Assembly: GCA_049318845.1 (NCBI GenBank)
Contig: JBMOFH010000002.1
Span: 1 to 44,870, forward strand
DNA: 44,870 bases
Direction: 5' to 3'
Source: Blastocatellia bacterium
Lineage (GTDB): Bacteria; Acidobacteriota; Blastocatellia; RBC074
Below the pieces are notes generated by a model. It searched no databases. It saw nothing but the letters and a program-made list of their open reading frames with translations, and had not been told where the DNA came from. Numbering within the stretch: position 1 is the stretch's first letter; the number at the start of each line of letters is the position of its first letter. Of this stretch, positions 29,016 to 37,169 are shown one piece after another. A program made the position numbers and the translations under genes.

Positions 29016-30314
29016 TCAAAACTCCAGATCAGATCTCTCGATCTTAAAGTCGTCCAGCTCTCCAAGAACCGTCATCGATATCATCTCCGGCTGGAATACC
29101 TCATTTGCCATCCGATGCAGATCCTCGACCGTCACCGCTTCGACCGAAGCAATCATCTCCTCCGGCGTGATGTTCCGACCAAAGGTCATCTCTAACTGCC
29201 CAAGAGAGCTCATTCGCGACGATGTCGATTCCAGGTTCAGGACAAGTGACGCCTTCAACTGCTCCTTGTTCCGGTGAAGCTCTACCTCGTCAACCGGTCG
29301 CTCCCGGATCCTCCGGATCTCCGCCAGTGTCGCCTTGATCGTCTCCGCCAGATTCTCTGGTGAAGCCCCGGCGTAAATGCTCAGATTCCCACAATCCTTG
29401 AATGGGTTGACTGCCGCGTAAATTGTGTAGACAAGCCCTCGCTCCTCCCGCACCGACTGGAAGAGCCGCGAACTCATTCCCCCACCCAGAATCACGCTGA
29501 GCAGGTGGCAAACATAGCGATCCGCGCTTACCGCCGATGGACACGGCACACCAAGAACCAGATGCGACTGCTCCAGCTCGTCCTTGTGATGGAGCACGAT
29601 CGAGGAGACTGGTTCCGGCGGCACCGTGACGGCGAGTGCCGGTCCGGCCACCAAACCACCATAATATTGCCTCGCCATTTCAACCAGTGCCTCATGGCTC
29701 AGATTACCCGCCGCCGCCAGAACCATGTTGCCGGGAGTAAAGATCTCCCGGTAATACGGCCAGACAAGATCCGGCCCGAAGGTATCGATCGACTCCCGCG
29801 TCCCCAGAATCGGTCGCCCCAGCGGATCGCCCGGATAGAGATTCTCAGAGAAGATATCAAAGATGATGTCGTCCGGTGTGTCCTCGACCATCTTCAACTC
29901 CTCGATGATCACACTCCGCTCCTTCTCCAACTCTACCCGATCAAACTGCGGTGACGTCACCAGATCCGCCACCAGTTCGAACGCCTGCGAAAGATGCTCG
30001 TCAAGGACCTTATTGTAAAAACCAACCATCTCCCGCCCGGTGAAGGCGTCAAGATTCCCTCCAAGCAGATCCCCCTCGGCCGCGATCTCCGCCGCCGTCC
30101 GCTTTCCTGTCCCCTTGAACAGTGCATGCTCGATGAAATGGGTCAGCCCATGCCTCGCCTCTGTCTCCTGCCGCGATCCCGTCCTCAGAAAGACGCCAAA
30201 ACTGACCGAGCGAACCTGCTCCATCTGCTCGGAGACGACCACCAATCCATTATCCAGAACCGTCTTCTCAACCCGGGTACCGAAACCGCCCGGCCTGCCA
30301 TACTGGCTCCCCAT
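29016..30314 (-). CDS. M16-family (pitrilysin/insulinase) zinc peptidase
   Basis: [11 protein letters not shown] (HxxEH). The ATG at 30314 has AGGAGAAG upstream, and the track start at 30383 is less likely. Confidence 0.85.
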   Translation of the reverse strand: MGSQYGRPGGFGTRVEKTVLDNGLVVVSEQMEQVRSVSFGVFLRTGSRQETEARHGLTHFIEHALFKGTGKRTAAEIAAEGDLLGGNLDAFTGREMVGFYNKVLDEHLSQAFELVADLVTSPQFDRVELEKERSVIIEELKMVEDTPDDIIFDIFSENLYPGDPLGRPILGTRESIDTFGPDLVWPYYREIFTPGNMVLAAAGNLSHEALVEMARQYYGGLVAGPALAVTVPPEPVSSIVLHHKDELEQSHLVLGVPCPSAVSADRYVCHLLSVILGGGMSSRLFQSVREERGLVYTIYAAVNPFKDCGNLSIYAGASPENLAETIKATLAEIRRIRERPVDEVELHRNKEQLKASLVLNLESTSSRMSSLGQLEMTFGRNITPEEMIASVEAVTVEDLHRMANEVFQPEMISMTVLGELDDFKIERSDLEF

Positions 30315-30485
30315 ATTTCTTCTCCTGATTCCTTCATAACTTAGAGGGTAAAAACGATTCTTCATCATATGCCACCAACTCAACCAGCTTCAATTGAACC
30401 TGCTTAAATCGAAAAGGATATCTCCGAACCGATAGCCTATTCCCCCTCTCCATCCCTCCGTCAACTGTAAACTGTAAACACATGT

Positions 30486-30536
30486 TGTCACCTTTTGTAG
30501 ACACGTGGAACCTGCAAGTGTCACCAGTTATGGACA
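30486..30536. promoter_or_regulatory. Two copies of an 18 bp operator-like motif, TGTCACC-N6-(T/G)(A/G)GACA
   Basis: TGTCACCTTTTGTAGACA (30486-30503) and TGTCACCAGTTATGGACA (30519-30536), starting 33 bp apart. Each is an imperfect TGTC..GACA palindrome. They lie between the M16 operon and the RNA-module array. Confidence 0.4.
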
Positions 30537-30940
30537 CTGTCAACTGGAACGAATCCGGTAACCGTGGCTGTTGCGGGAACCAACTTCAGCGACGAACTAA
30601 CCAGAAAACTGCAAGTCCAATAAACAGAATGAGATACATTTTTATCTCATTTGTGGCCACACTGTGGCACGACCGTTGCATTTAGGTATTGCGTAACGAG
30701 ACGGAACACCGCAAGACGGGTTCCAACGGAAAGAGACAAAGATCGTTACCCAGATGCGAGATTGGGTGACTGACGGGATGACCGAAAAGATATTTGATAC
30801 GCAAATAGTCTGCCAGAGCGCCAATAGTAATTGCCAACGGGGATCAACTAACGGCTGCCGGCAGAGGCGAAAGAGATTGAATTGTGGAGCGCTGCTCCCC
30901 GAGGGCTTGAGAGTTTAAGAGCCCAAGGGTTTAAGGGAAT

Positions 30941-31057
30941 GTAATCGCGATCCGGAGGAATGACACGGGGGTCGGATTCCGGTTTCGATTACAGCTTCGA
31001 TTCGCAGGTTACTTAGTACAAGTTACGGGGCACATTGTGCAAGGTAACCTGCGAATC
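30941..31057 (+). ncRNA. Structured-RNA module A
   Basis: P1 is GTAATCG (30941-47) / CGATTAC (30986-92). Loop 1 core ACGGGGGTCGGATT is at 30965-78. P2 is GATTCGCAGGTTAC (30999-31012) / GTAACCTGCGAATC (31044-57), 14/14 Watson-Crick. Loop 2 core ACGGGGCAC is at 31025-33. Confidence 0.6.
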
Positions 31058-31097
31058 GGCCGAAAGGCTTCCGAATAGAGCGCGGCCAGACGAGTTT

Positions 31098-31207
31098 GTA
31101 GCAATGATCGAAGCCAACGGGGGTCGGATTCGGTCTGTCGCTACACCCTGTGATCCGCACAACTGCTACCGATACAACGGGGCACGTCGTGATCAGTTGT
31201 GCGGATC
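31098..31207 (+). ncRNA. Structured-RNA module B
   Basis: P1 is GTAGC (31098-102) / GCTAC (31140-44). The inner stem is GATCGAA / TTCGGTC. Loop 1 core is at 31117-30. P2 is GATCCGCACAACTG (31152-65) / CAGTTGTGCGGATC (31194-207), 14/14 Watson-Crick. Loop 2 core is at 31177-85. Confidence 0.6.
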
Positions 31208-31250
31208 GCTAAACGGGACACGCCGTGGTCAACGACCACGCAAAGAGATT

Positions 31251-31367
31251 GCAGCCGCCGACCGGAGAAGACACGGGGGTCGGATTTTGGTTGACGGCTG
31301 CAACATCGATTCGCGGGTTACGCCATCCGGACATACGGGGCACATCGGGTGACGTAACCTGCGGATC
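31251..31367 (+). ncRNA. Structured-RNA module C
   Basis: P1 is GCAGCCG (31251-57) / CGGCTGC (31295-301). Loop 1 core is at 31273-86. P2 is GATTCGCGGGTTACG (31308-22) / CGTAACCTGCGGATC (31353-67), with 13 Watson-Crick and 2 G.U pairs. Loop 2 core is at 31335-43. Confidence 0.6.
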
Positions 31368-31439
31368 GGACCTTAACAGGTTCCCGCCGAGGGTGCAAAA
31401 AGTTATTTCGAGTTGAGGAGCGCTGCTCCCAAAGGGGTT

Positions 31440-31558
31440 GTAATCGATTACCCGGGTCAATGACACGGGGGTCGGATTCGGGTATCGATTACATCTTTAG
31501 ATTCGCGGGTTATTTCACTCAAGTTACGGGGCACATTGGGTGAGATAACCTGCGAATC
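31440..31558 (+). ncRNA. Structured-RNA module D
   Basis: P1 is GTAATCG (31440-46) / CGATTAC (31486-92). Loop 1 core is at 31465-78. P2 is GATTCGCGGGTTAT (31500-13) / ATAACCTGCGAATC (31545-58), with 13 Watson-Crick and 1 G.U pair. Loop 2 core is at 31526-34. Confidence 0.6.
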
Positions 31559-31791
31559 GTCTGTTATCCCAGGTCGAGCGCCAGTCAAAAATTATTCTCT
31601 GTGTAAGATTTCGGTTTTGCCACACGAACTCCGTCGAATGAATTCTGTTCCAGTCTGGTTTCCCTCCCAGCCTCTTCATCAGGAGGCGATTCACCACGGT
31701 GAGTCCGGAGTTCAGTATTCTGAAGAGTGATTACAGATCCGCCAGCTGGCTGATCTGCCTGCCGGTTTGGGGTCTCACCCCGCCAATTCAA

Positions 31792-31824
31792 GGCCACCGA
31801 TCGATTTTCGATCGGTGGCCTTTT
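31792..31824 (+). terminator. Rho-independent terminator
   Basis: GGCCACCGATCG ATTTT CGATCGGTGGCC has a 12-13 bp perfect stem and is followed by TTTT. It lies 234 nt after module D and 118 nt before the nuclease ATG. Confidence 0.8.
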
Positions 31825-31941
31825 GCTGTTATACTTGCTTACTGTTTTCGAGGTGGTCAGACTTGCAGGGCCTCTAGAGCCTGCGAGGAGAATAAAAACT
31901 ACCTCCGCGCTTTAACCAGTTTCGTCAACCACATTAAATAT

Positions 31942-33240
31942 ATGCCGAAGTTCCTTCATCTTGCCGATCTGCATCTTGGGATTCGCCGTTACCGTTCCGA
32001 GGAGCGGACGCGTGATTTTTTCTTTGCGTGGCAGGACGTTATCGAGCGCTACGCGATTGGAGAGCAGGTCGATTTCGTCCTGATCGCCGGCGACTTCTTC
32101 GATGCGCGCCGGGTTGAGCCGCAGGCCATGAACCACGCGATTGCCTGCCTTGACAGACTTCGAGCCGCCGGTATCCCGGTGGTCGTGATCGAGGGAAACC
32201 ATGACTGCCACGAGGCGGAGAATAAGTTCAGCTGGCTGCGAAGTCTTTCGCAATGGGGTTTTCTGCACCTGCTCGAACCGATTCACGATGAGGGTGGTGT
32301 AAGGCTCCAGCGTTGGAACGATGCCGAGAGGAAAGGGTCTTTCATCGACATTGCCGGAGTAAGAATATTCGGATCACTCTGGTACGGATCGACCGTGGGT
32401 CAGGCGCTTGGTTCACTGATCGATGCGTTACGGGAACACCACGACGACCGGCTCTATCCAGTATTAATGCTGCACACAGACGTCGAAGGGCAGCTCAACC
32501 GCCCAATCCCGGCGCTGCCGGTTGCCAGACTGAACGAGCTGCGGTCGCATATCCGGTATGTGGCACTTGGACATACGCACAAGAATTTCGAGATCGACGG
32601 GTGGGTGTACAATCCCGGGTCGCTGGAAGCCTGCAACGTCGAGGAGTATTTCAACCGCCGTGGTGCCTATCTGGTCGAGATTGGCGAAGACGGTCACCGG
32701 GCGGAGTTGAAGCGTGAGTATCAGCAGCGGCGGATCGTGCGGCAGAGCTTCGATGTCACCGGCCAGGAGACACCGGAAGCACTTCATCAGGCACTAATGA
32801 GTCAGTTCGGGGAGGAGATGGCCGGGCATTGCCCCACAACTGTTAGGGCTGTTGGGGAGCCGGAAGGAGCGCCGGTACCGGAAGGAGCTCCCGTAATTGA
32901 ACTGACGCTGCGTGGACAGCTCGGCTTCAGGAGCTCGAGCCTTGAGATCAACCGTTATCGTGAAGAGATCAGGGATACTTTCGAGCCATTGCTGGTGATT
33001 GTCCGCAATCAGACGATGCCAATGGAGTTGGCGGTTGGCCTTGGACTGACGGATCAGACTTCGCGATCGGAACGGGAAAGAATGGTGATCGAGGATCTGC
33101 TGACGCGGGAAGTCCGGTACCGTGACCATGCGGCGGCACTTGCCGGGCTGATCCTCGAGGCCAAGCATCTGGCACTGACCAGTGAGGCGCCGGAACGGAT
33201 CCTTGACCTGATCGCATTGCAGGAGGAGAGGCAGGGATAG
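31942..33240 (+). CDS. SbcD/Mre11-family metallophosphoesterase (DNA repair exonuclease-like)
   Basis: [13 protein letters not shown] (motif I at the N-terminus), [22 protein letters not shown] and LGHTH. The start is set at ATG 31942 because the track start at 31699 would read through the terminator. Confidence 0.8.
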   Translation: MPKFLHLADLHLGIRRYRSEERTRDFFFAWQDVIERYAIGEQVDFVLIAGDFFDARRVEPQAMNHAIACLDRLRAAGIPVVVIEGNHDCHEAENKFSWLRSLSQWGFLHLLEPIHDEGGVRLQRWNDAERKGSFIDIAGVRIFGSLWYGSTVGQALGSLIDALREHHDDRLYPVLMLHTDVEGQLNRPIPALPVARLNELRSHIRYVALGHTHKNFEIDGWVYNPGSLEACNVEEYFNRRGAYLVEIGEDGHRAELKREYQQRRIVRQSFDVTGQETPEALHQALMSQFGEEMAGHCPTTVRAVGEPEGAPVPEGAPVIELTLRGQLGFRSSSLEINRYREEIRDTFEPLLVIVRNQTMPMELAVGLGLTDQTSRSERERMVIEDLLTREVRYRDHAAALAGLILEAKHLALTSEAPERILDLIALQEERQG

Positions 33241-33277
33241 CTGGCGAACCCGGCTATCCCTGCAAATTTGGTGGCTT

Positions 33278-34588
33278 ATGGGAATCATCTTCACGATTGT
33301 CGCGGCTCTTGGGCTGCTTTTGCTGTTGCAGAGCCTGCTGGCGCTGGCAGCCAGCATTGGGTTTGCGCGATTTGCACGGCGGAGTGCCGCCAGTCGACAG
33401 CGTGAGTACCAGCCAAAAGCGGTGGTATTCGTTCCCTGCAAGGGGCTTGACCACGAATTTGAAGAGAACCTCCAACCGCTCTTCACCCAGAACTATGGTG
33501 AATACGAGCTGATATTCATCACTGAGAACGAGACCGACCAGGCACACGGGGTGATTGAGCAGATGATCGGAAAGAGTTCGCGGCCAGCCTGGCTGGTGGT
33601 CGCCGGCGAGGCCAGGAACCGTGGGCAGAAGATTCACAATCTCTGTGCGGGTATCGAGATGCTCAATACCATCGACCGACGGACAGAGGTACTGGTCTTT
33701 GCCGACGCCGATGCGCGCCCGGGCAGCGACTGGTTGTCGGAGTTGGTGGCACCTCTGGGCGACAAGCGAATCGGAGCGACGACAGGATTCCGCTGGTTTG
33801 TTCCGGCAGTGAGCGGCGGGTGGCAAAGATGGTTGGCGGCACTGCTTCCATCGACCCTTCTTGCCGTCTGGAACTCGGGGGCACTGGCATTGCTGGGTGA
33901 GCGCTCACGTTTCGCGTGGGGTGGCTCGATGGCGATCCGGCGCGAGAACTTCGACAAGCTGCGCGTACTCAGGCGCTGGGATGGGGCGATAAGCGACGAC
34001 TATATGCTGACCGGGGCGGTTCACGAAGCACACCAGCGGATCAGGTTTGTCCCGGGGGCGCTGGTAAAATCGCCGCTCTCGATCTCCTGGTCGGAGCTGT
34101 TCGAGTTCACGACGCGACAGATTCGGATAACACGAATCTACTCACCAATCGTCTGGAAACTCGGAATCGCGACTCACCTATTTTACAATCTCACCCTCTG
34201 GGGTGGCATCGGCTGGCTGATTGTGGCTTCGGTGGAAACGGTCCTCACGATGGGCGCAACGGTGCCGCCAGGTCCGCCGGAGGGAATTGGAATGATGATG
34301 TCGCTGCTTGGCGGAATCTGCCTTGCCGGCGCGGCCAACGGTGCGATCCGGGCGGCAGTGGCAATTCGATTGATCGATAACGGGCAGGGGACCAGGCAAG
34401 CACGCCGCGGTCAGGTAGCGACAATTCTTGCCCACGCGCTTCTCAATCCGGTCATCTCGCTGCTCTATCTCTGGAATTTTTTCGCCTCACTCAGATCCCG
34501 CCGGATCGTCTGGCGCGGGATCGATTATGAAATGGTATCTCCCGTCAAGACGATCATCCATCGCCGTCGCTCACCCGAAATGGATTAA
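33278..34588 (+). CDS. Membrane glycosyltransferase, GT2/GT21 (ceramide glucosyltransferase/HpnI-like)
   Basis: N-terminal [20 protein letters not shown] (DxD), GGSMAIRRE, and ISDDY followed by C-terminal TM helices. Confidence 0.75.
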   Translation: MGIIFTIVAALGLLLLLQSLLALAASIGFARFARRSAASRQREYQPKAVVFVPCKGLDHEFEENLQPLFTQNYGEYELIFITENETDQAHGVIEQMIGKSSRPAWLVVAGEARNRGQKIHNLCAGIEMLNTIDRRTEVLVFADADARPGSDWLSELVAPLGDKRIGATTGFRWFVPAVSGGWQRWLAALLPSTLLAVWNSGALALLGERSRFAWGGSMAIRRENFDKLRVLRRWDGAISDDYMLTGAVHEAHQRIRFVPGALVKSPLSISWSELFEFTTRQIRITRIYSPIVWKLGIATHLFYNLTLWGGIGWLIVASVETVLTMGATVPPGPPEGIGMMMSLLGGICLAGAANGAIRAAVAIRLIDNGQGTRQARRGQVATILAHALLNPVISLLYLWNFFASLRSRRIVWRGIDYEMVSPVKTIIHRRRSPEMD

Positions 34589-34622
34589 CCCCAAAGATTC
34601 CGCTCCGCCCATCACTTCCGCT

Positions 34623-34690
34623 GTTTGGCATAGCCCGTTTAGCATAGCCCGTTTGGCATAGCCCGTTTGGCATAGCCCGTTTGGCATAGC
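34623..34690. repeat. 14 bp tandem repeat x4.9 (GTTTGGCATAGCCC)
   Basis: Five consecutive units, one with a G>A change. It starts 35 nt after the glycosyltransferase stop and runs straight into TTGACA at 34691. Confidence 0.9.
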
Positions 34691-34724
34691 TTGACAGCCA
34701 CTCTTTCGTATCTCAAAATCTGTA

Positions 34725-34749
34725 GGACGCCTGCCTGCATTTGGCGTCC
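34725..34749 (+). terminator. Hairpin GGACGCC N11 GGCGTCC (possible terminator of the glycosyltransferase gene)
   Basis: 7 bp perfect stem with no clear U-tract. Confidence 0.3.
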
Positions 34750-34941
34750 GCTCGCACTCGGCGTAATCGAATTGACTTGCCGCGTGGAATCGGTGCCCAT
34801 TTGCAGAATATCTGATAAATACAATGACGATGAATGAGATTCAGATTTAACGGGTGGGTCGAAAATGGGATATGCTTTGCTGATTAATTTTGCTGATGAC
34901 AATGTCTGCTCTGTTCGTTATGGACAGCCGGAGAGAAGCGG

Positions 34942-36834
34942 ATGGAACATATGCGGATGAAACGTATGAAGAAGGCATTTAGTCCACTGATCATCGGGTG
35001 CCTGGCTTGTGCAATCGTGGCAGCGCCGGAGACGGCGTTCGATGCCGGCCTGGCCAGCGTGGTGGGTGGGGGCTTGCGGGTCGAAGCGGCGGCGGCGCCA
35101 CTGGCACTGGTGAGTGGCTCGGTCCGGGATGACTCGGGCAGTCCTTTGATTGGGGCAGTGGTCGCATTGCTCGAGCCCCAATCGCGTGGTCGCGAGCTGC
35201 AGAGTGTGCGGACTGACCTGCAGGGCAAGTTCTCGGCGACGGTAGCGCCCGGAGCCTATCGGCTGCGTGCCACTGCTGAGGGCTTCTCGTCGATGCTGAC
35301 GCGGATCAACCTCGATCGGTCCGGGCGTGTCATCTACGACTTCTCCCTCAAGCGGACCGACACGCTGGTGCAGAAGCGCGGTGACAGCGACGATTATCGC
35401 TGGATTGCGCGGAGTGTGCCGCGCCACGTCCTCAACCTGAGACAGGGTGTCCCGACCTCGACGGTGGCCAACCAGTCTGGTGATCCGCTGATGGACGAGG
35501 TCAGGTCAGACAGCTTCACTCGACTGCGGCCGACATTTCACGGGCTCGCACAGTTTCTGGCATCGCAATCGAGCCTGCCCCAGGTGGGATCCAACTTCTT
35601 CGGATTCAACTTCGCTTTCGCCGGATCGCTCGACGGGAACGTCGAGATGGCGCTGATCGGCCAGCGTGGAATCGGCCGAATGGCCCCACAAAGATTGACG
35701 GCGATCACCTCGATGCGGACGAGCGATGGCCACAAGATTACAGCATCGTTGAGTCATGGTCAGATGACGACCGGCACAATACCGGTCGCCACAAACAGCC
35801 CCACGAACTATCCGGGATCGGGGCTCGGATCAGGTCGCACATCGGGACTCGGATTGGCAAAAAGCGAGGTACCGTCGACCTTCGACCAGATATCGGTTGC
35901 GACGCTTGGGGAGTGGCAGATCGCACAGCCGTTGCTCCTCATCTACGGCTTCGACTACTCCAGTTTTATCGGCTCGGCGGCGCGTCAGCAGGATAGCTTT
36001 CTGCCACGTTTTGCCATCCAGTACGCGCCGACCGCCAACTGGAAATTGAATGCAGCGGTCACGCCCGGGCGTATCCGCGCCCACCAGGCGATCGAGGAGT
36101 TCAAGACAGAGAATATACAGACCAGCCTGGAACTGGCTTCACCCGAGGTTGCCTTCAATGGCACGCCACAACTCGATCGAAGTCAGCGCTACGAAACAGG
36201 TCTCGTCAGGACCTTTCGTGATGGCAGATCGGCCATCGAGGGATCGGCCTTCTACGATCTGATCTCCGGCCACGGAGTGGGAGTAATGGCGCTTCCGCTC
36301 GAGGCATCGCCAGAGATCGAAGCAGCCTTTCAGCGGATCGCAAACCAGGTGACATCGCTGAATGGGGCGGCTCGCGGGACACGATTGATGTACCGCCAGC
36401 TCATCGGTTCACGACTAACGGCGTCACTGGGCTACAGTGCCGGAAGCGGCAGCCGATTCCAGCACCAACTCGGCAAAAACCTTAAGCCGGCGCAGCTTTT
36501 CCGTGATGGATTCTTTCAGGTAGCGACGGCCAAGCTTGATCTCGATCTCTCCGACCAGAGTGGAACGCGGGTCTCGACGGTGATCAGGCTCTCTCCAACG
36601 GCGGTCATCTTCGCTATCGATCCCTTTGCCGGTCGAATGAGCGTCTACGATCCAAATATCAACATCTATGTGACACAGGACCTTCCGAGTTTCGGGCTGC
36701 CAATCCAGTGGCAGGCGATCGTCGACCTCCGGAACCTGCTCAATCAGACGACGTCAGTCGAGGATGGGGCAGTCCAGTTGCTGGCGACTCGGAACAGTCG
36801 GACGATTCGAGGTGGTCTGGCTTTCCGCTGGTAA
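34942..36834 (+). CDS. Outer-membrane beta-barrel protein with an N-terminal carboxypeptidase-regulatory-like domain
   Basis: Signal peptide. GSVRDDSGSPLIGAVVALL...TDLQGKFSATVAPGAYRLRATAEGF is CarboxypepD_reg-like. The C-terminal ...GGLAFRW has an aromatic end. Confidence 0.75.
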   Translation: MEHMRMKRMKKAFSPLIIGCLACAIVAAPETAFDAGLASVVGGGLRVEAAAAPLALVSGSVRDDSGSPLIGAVVALLEPQSRGRELQSVRTDLQGKFSATVAPGAYRLRATAEGFSSMLTRINLDRSGRVIYDFSLKRTDTLVQKRGDSDDYRWIARSVPRHVLNLRQGVPTSTVANQSGDPLMDEVRSDSFTRLRPTFHGLAQFLASQSSLPQVGSNFFGFNFAFAGSLDGNVEMALIGQRGIGRMAPQRLTAITSMRTSDGHKITASLSHGQMTTGTIPVATNSPTNYPGSGLGSGRTSGLGLAKSEVPSTFDQISVATLGEWQIAQPLLLIYGFDYSSFIGSAARQQDSFLPRFAIQYAPTANWKLNAAVTPGRIRAHQAIEEFKTENIQTSLELASPEVAFNGTPQLDRSQRYETGLVRTFRDGRSAIEGSAFYDLISGHGVGVMALPLEASPEIEAAFQRIANQVTSLNGAARGTRLMYRQLIGSRLTASLGYSAGSGSRFQHQLGKNLKPAQLFRDGFFQVATAKLDLDLSDQSGTRVSTVIRLSPTAVIFAIDPFAGRMSVYDPNINIYVTQDLPSFGLPIQWQAIVDLRNLLNQTTSVEDGAVQLLATRNSRTIRGGLAFRW

Positions 36835-36944
36835 TGGCGGATGCGGCTGTGGAAGCTGCGATTCAAATTGCACTGTGCAAATTCATTATTTTGCATAAGA
36901 CCCGGAAAAATGGATTCGGAGCGTACGAGGACAGGGTAGACGCG

Positions 36945-36986
36945 GGAGATGACTGGAAGTACTTTAAAGGGCTATCTCCCGTTTTT
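36945..36986 (+). terminator. Possible terminator hairpin GGAGAT N23 ATCTCC followed by CGTTTTT
   Basis: 6 bp stem with a large loop and a T-run, 110 nt downstream of the barrel gene. Confidence 0.25.
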
Positions 36987-37169
36987 ACAATAGTTTGGAA
37001 AAACTGAACTATCCGCAGGGCTGGAATTTTCAGCAGGTACGCCAGTTGCGTAACTTTAATCTTTAGTTACTCCCTGCCAGATTGAGCAGGACGGAAAACA
37101 GATCGGTGTCCCGGGATCAAAGGGGCAAAAGTCAGGCCGGACGTCTGGCGTAAGTCAGGATTTAAGACA

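Larger units (their letters stand above)
30886..31824 (+). ncRNA. Candidate long structured ncRNA: four two-hairpin modules plus linker hairpins, ending at an intrinsic terminator
   Basis: No credible ORF. Four modules (listed below). The conserved hairpin GGAGC-GCT-GCTCC precedes modules A and D (30886-30898, 31417-31429). A linker hairpin CGTGGTC-AAC-GACCACG lies at 31224-31240, and the terminator is at 31792-31824. The 5' end is unknown. Confidence 0.45.

Noticed and set aside
31035-31466. ORFs 31035..31352 (+), 31209..31466 (-) and 31225..31416 (+) inside the RNA array
   Set aside because: They have no ribosome-binding sites. The reading frames cross stems whose changes are compensatory at the RNA level rather than synonymous, and the composition is not protein-like.
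30941-31558. Possible CRISPR array, because the elements are regularly spaced
   Set aside because: The units are ~115 nt structured modules, and their stems differ between copies. The spacing is 153-189 nt. There are no short identical repeats separated by unique spacers, and no cas genes are in the window.
30941-31558. Guanidine-II (mini-ykkC) or TwoAYGGAY-type paired hairpins, because both loops carry ACGG
   Set aside because: Those motifs are small hairpins with ACGR tetraloops or AYGGAY loops. Here the ACGGGG cores sit in 16-17 nt loops on 14-22 bp stems, and the loop sequences do not fit either consensus. No guanidine-type transporter gene follows.
31699-31941. N-terminal 81 aa extension of the SbcD-like ORF (GTG 31699, AGGAGG 12 nt upstream)
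   Set aside because: It would translate through a perfect intrinsic terminator. It would also put 81 residues in front of metallophosphoesterase motif I, which normally lies within the first ~10 residues. It is kept only as a caveat.
34623-34700. Sigma-54 promoter within the TGGCAT-containing 14 bp repeats
   Set aside because: No TTGC element lies at the required spacing from the GG dinucleotide. Only the -24-like half matches.
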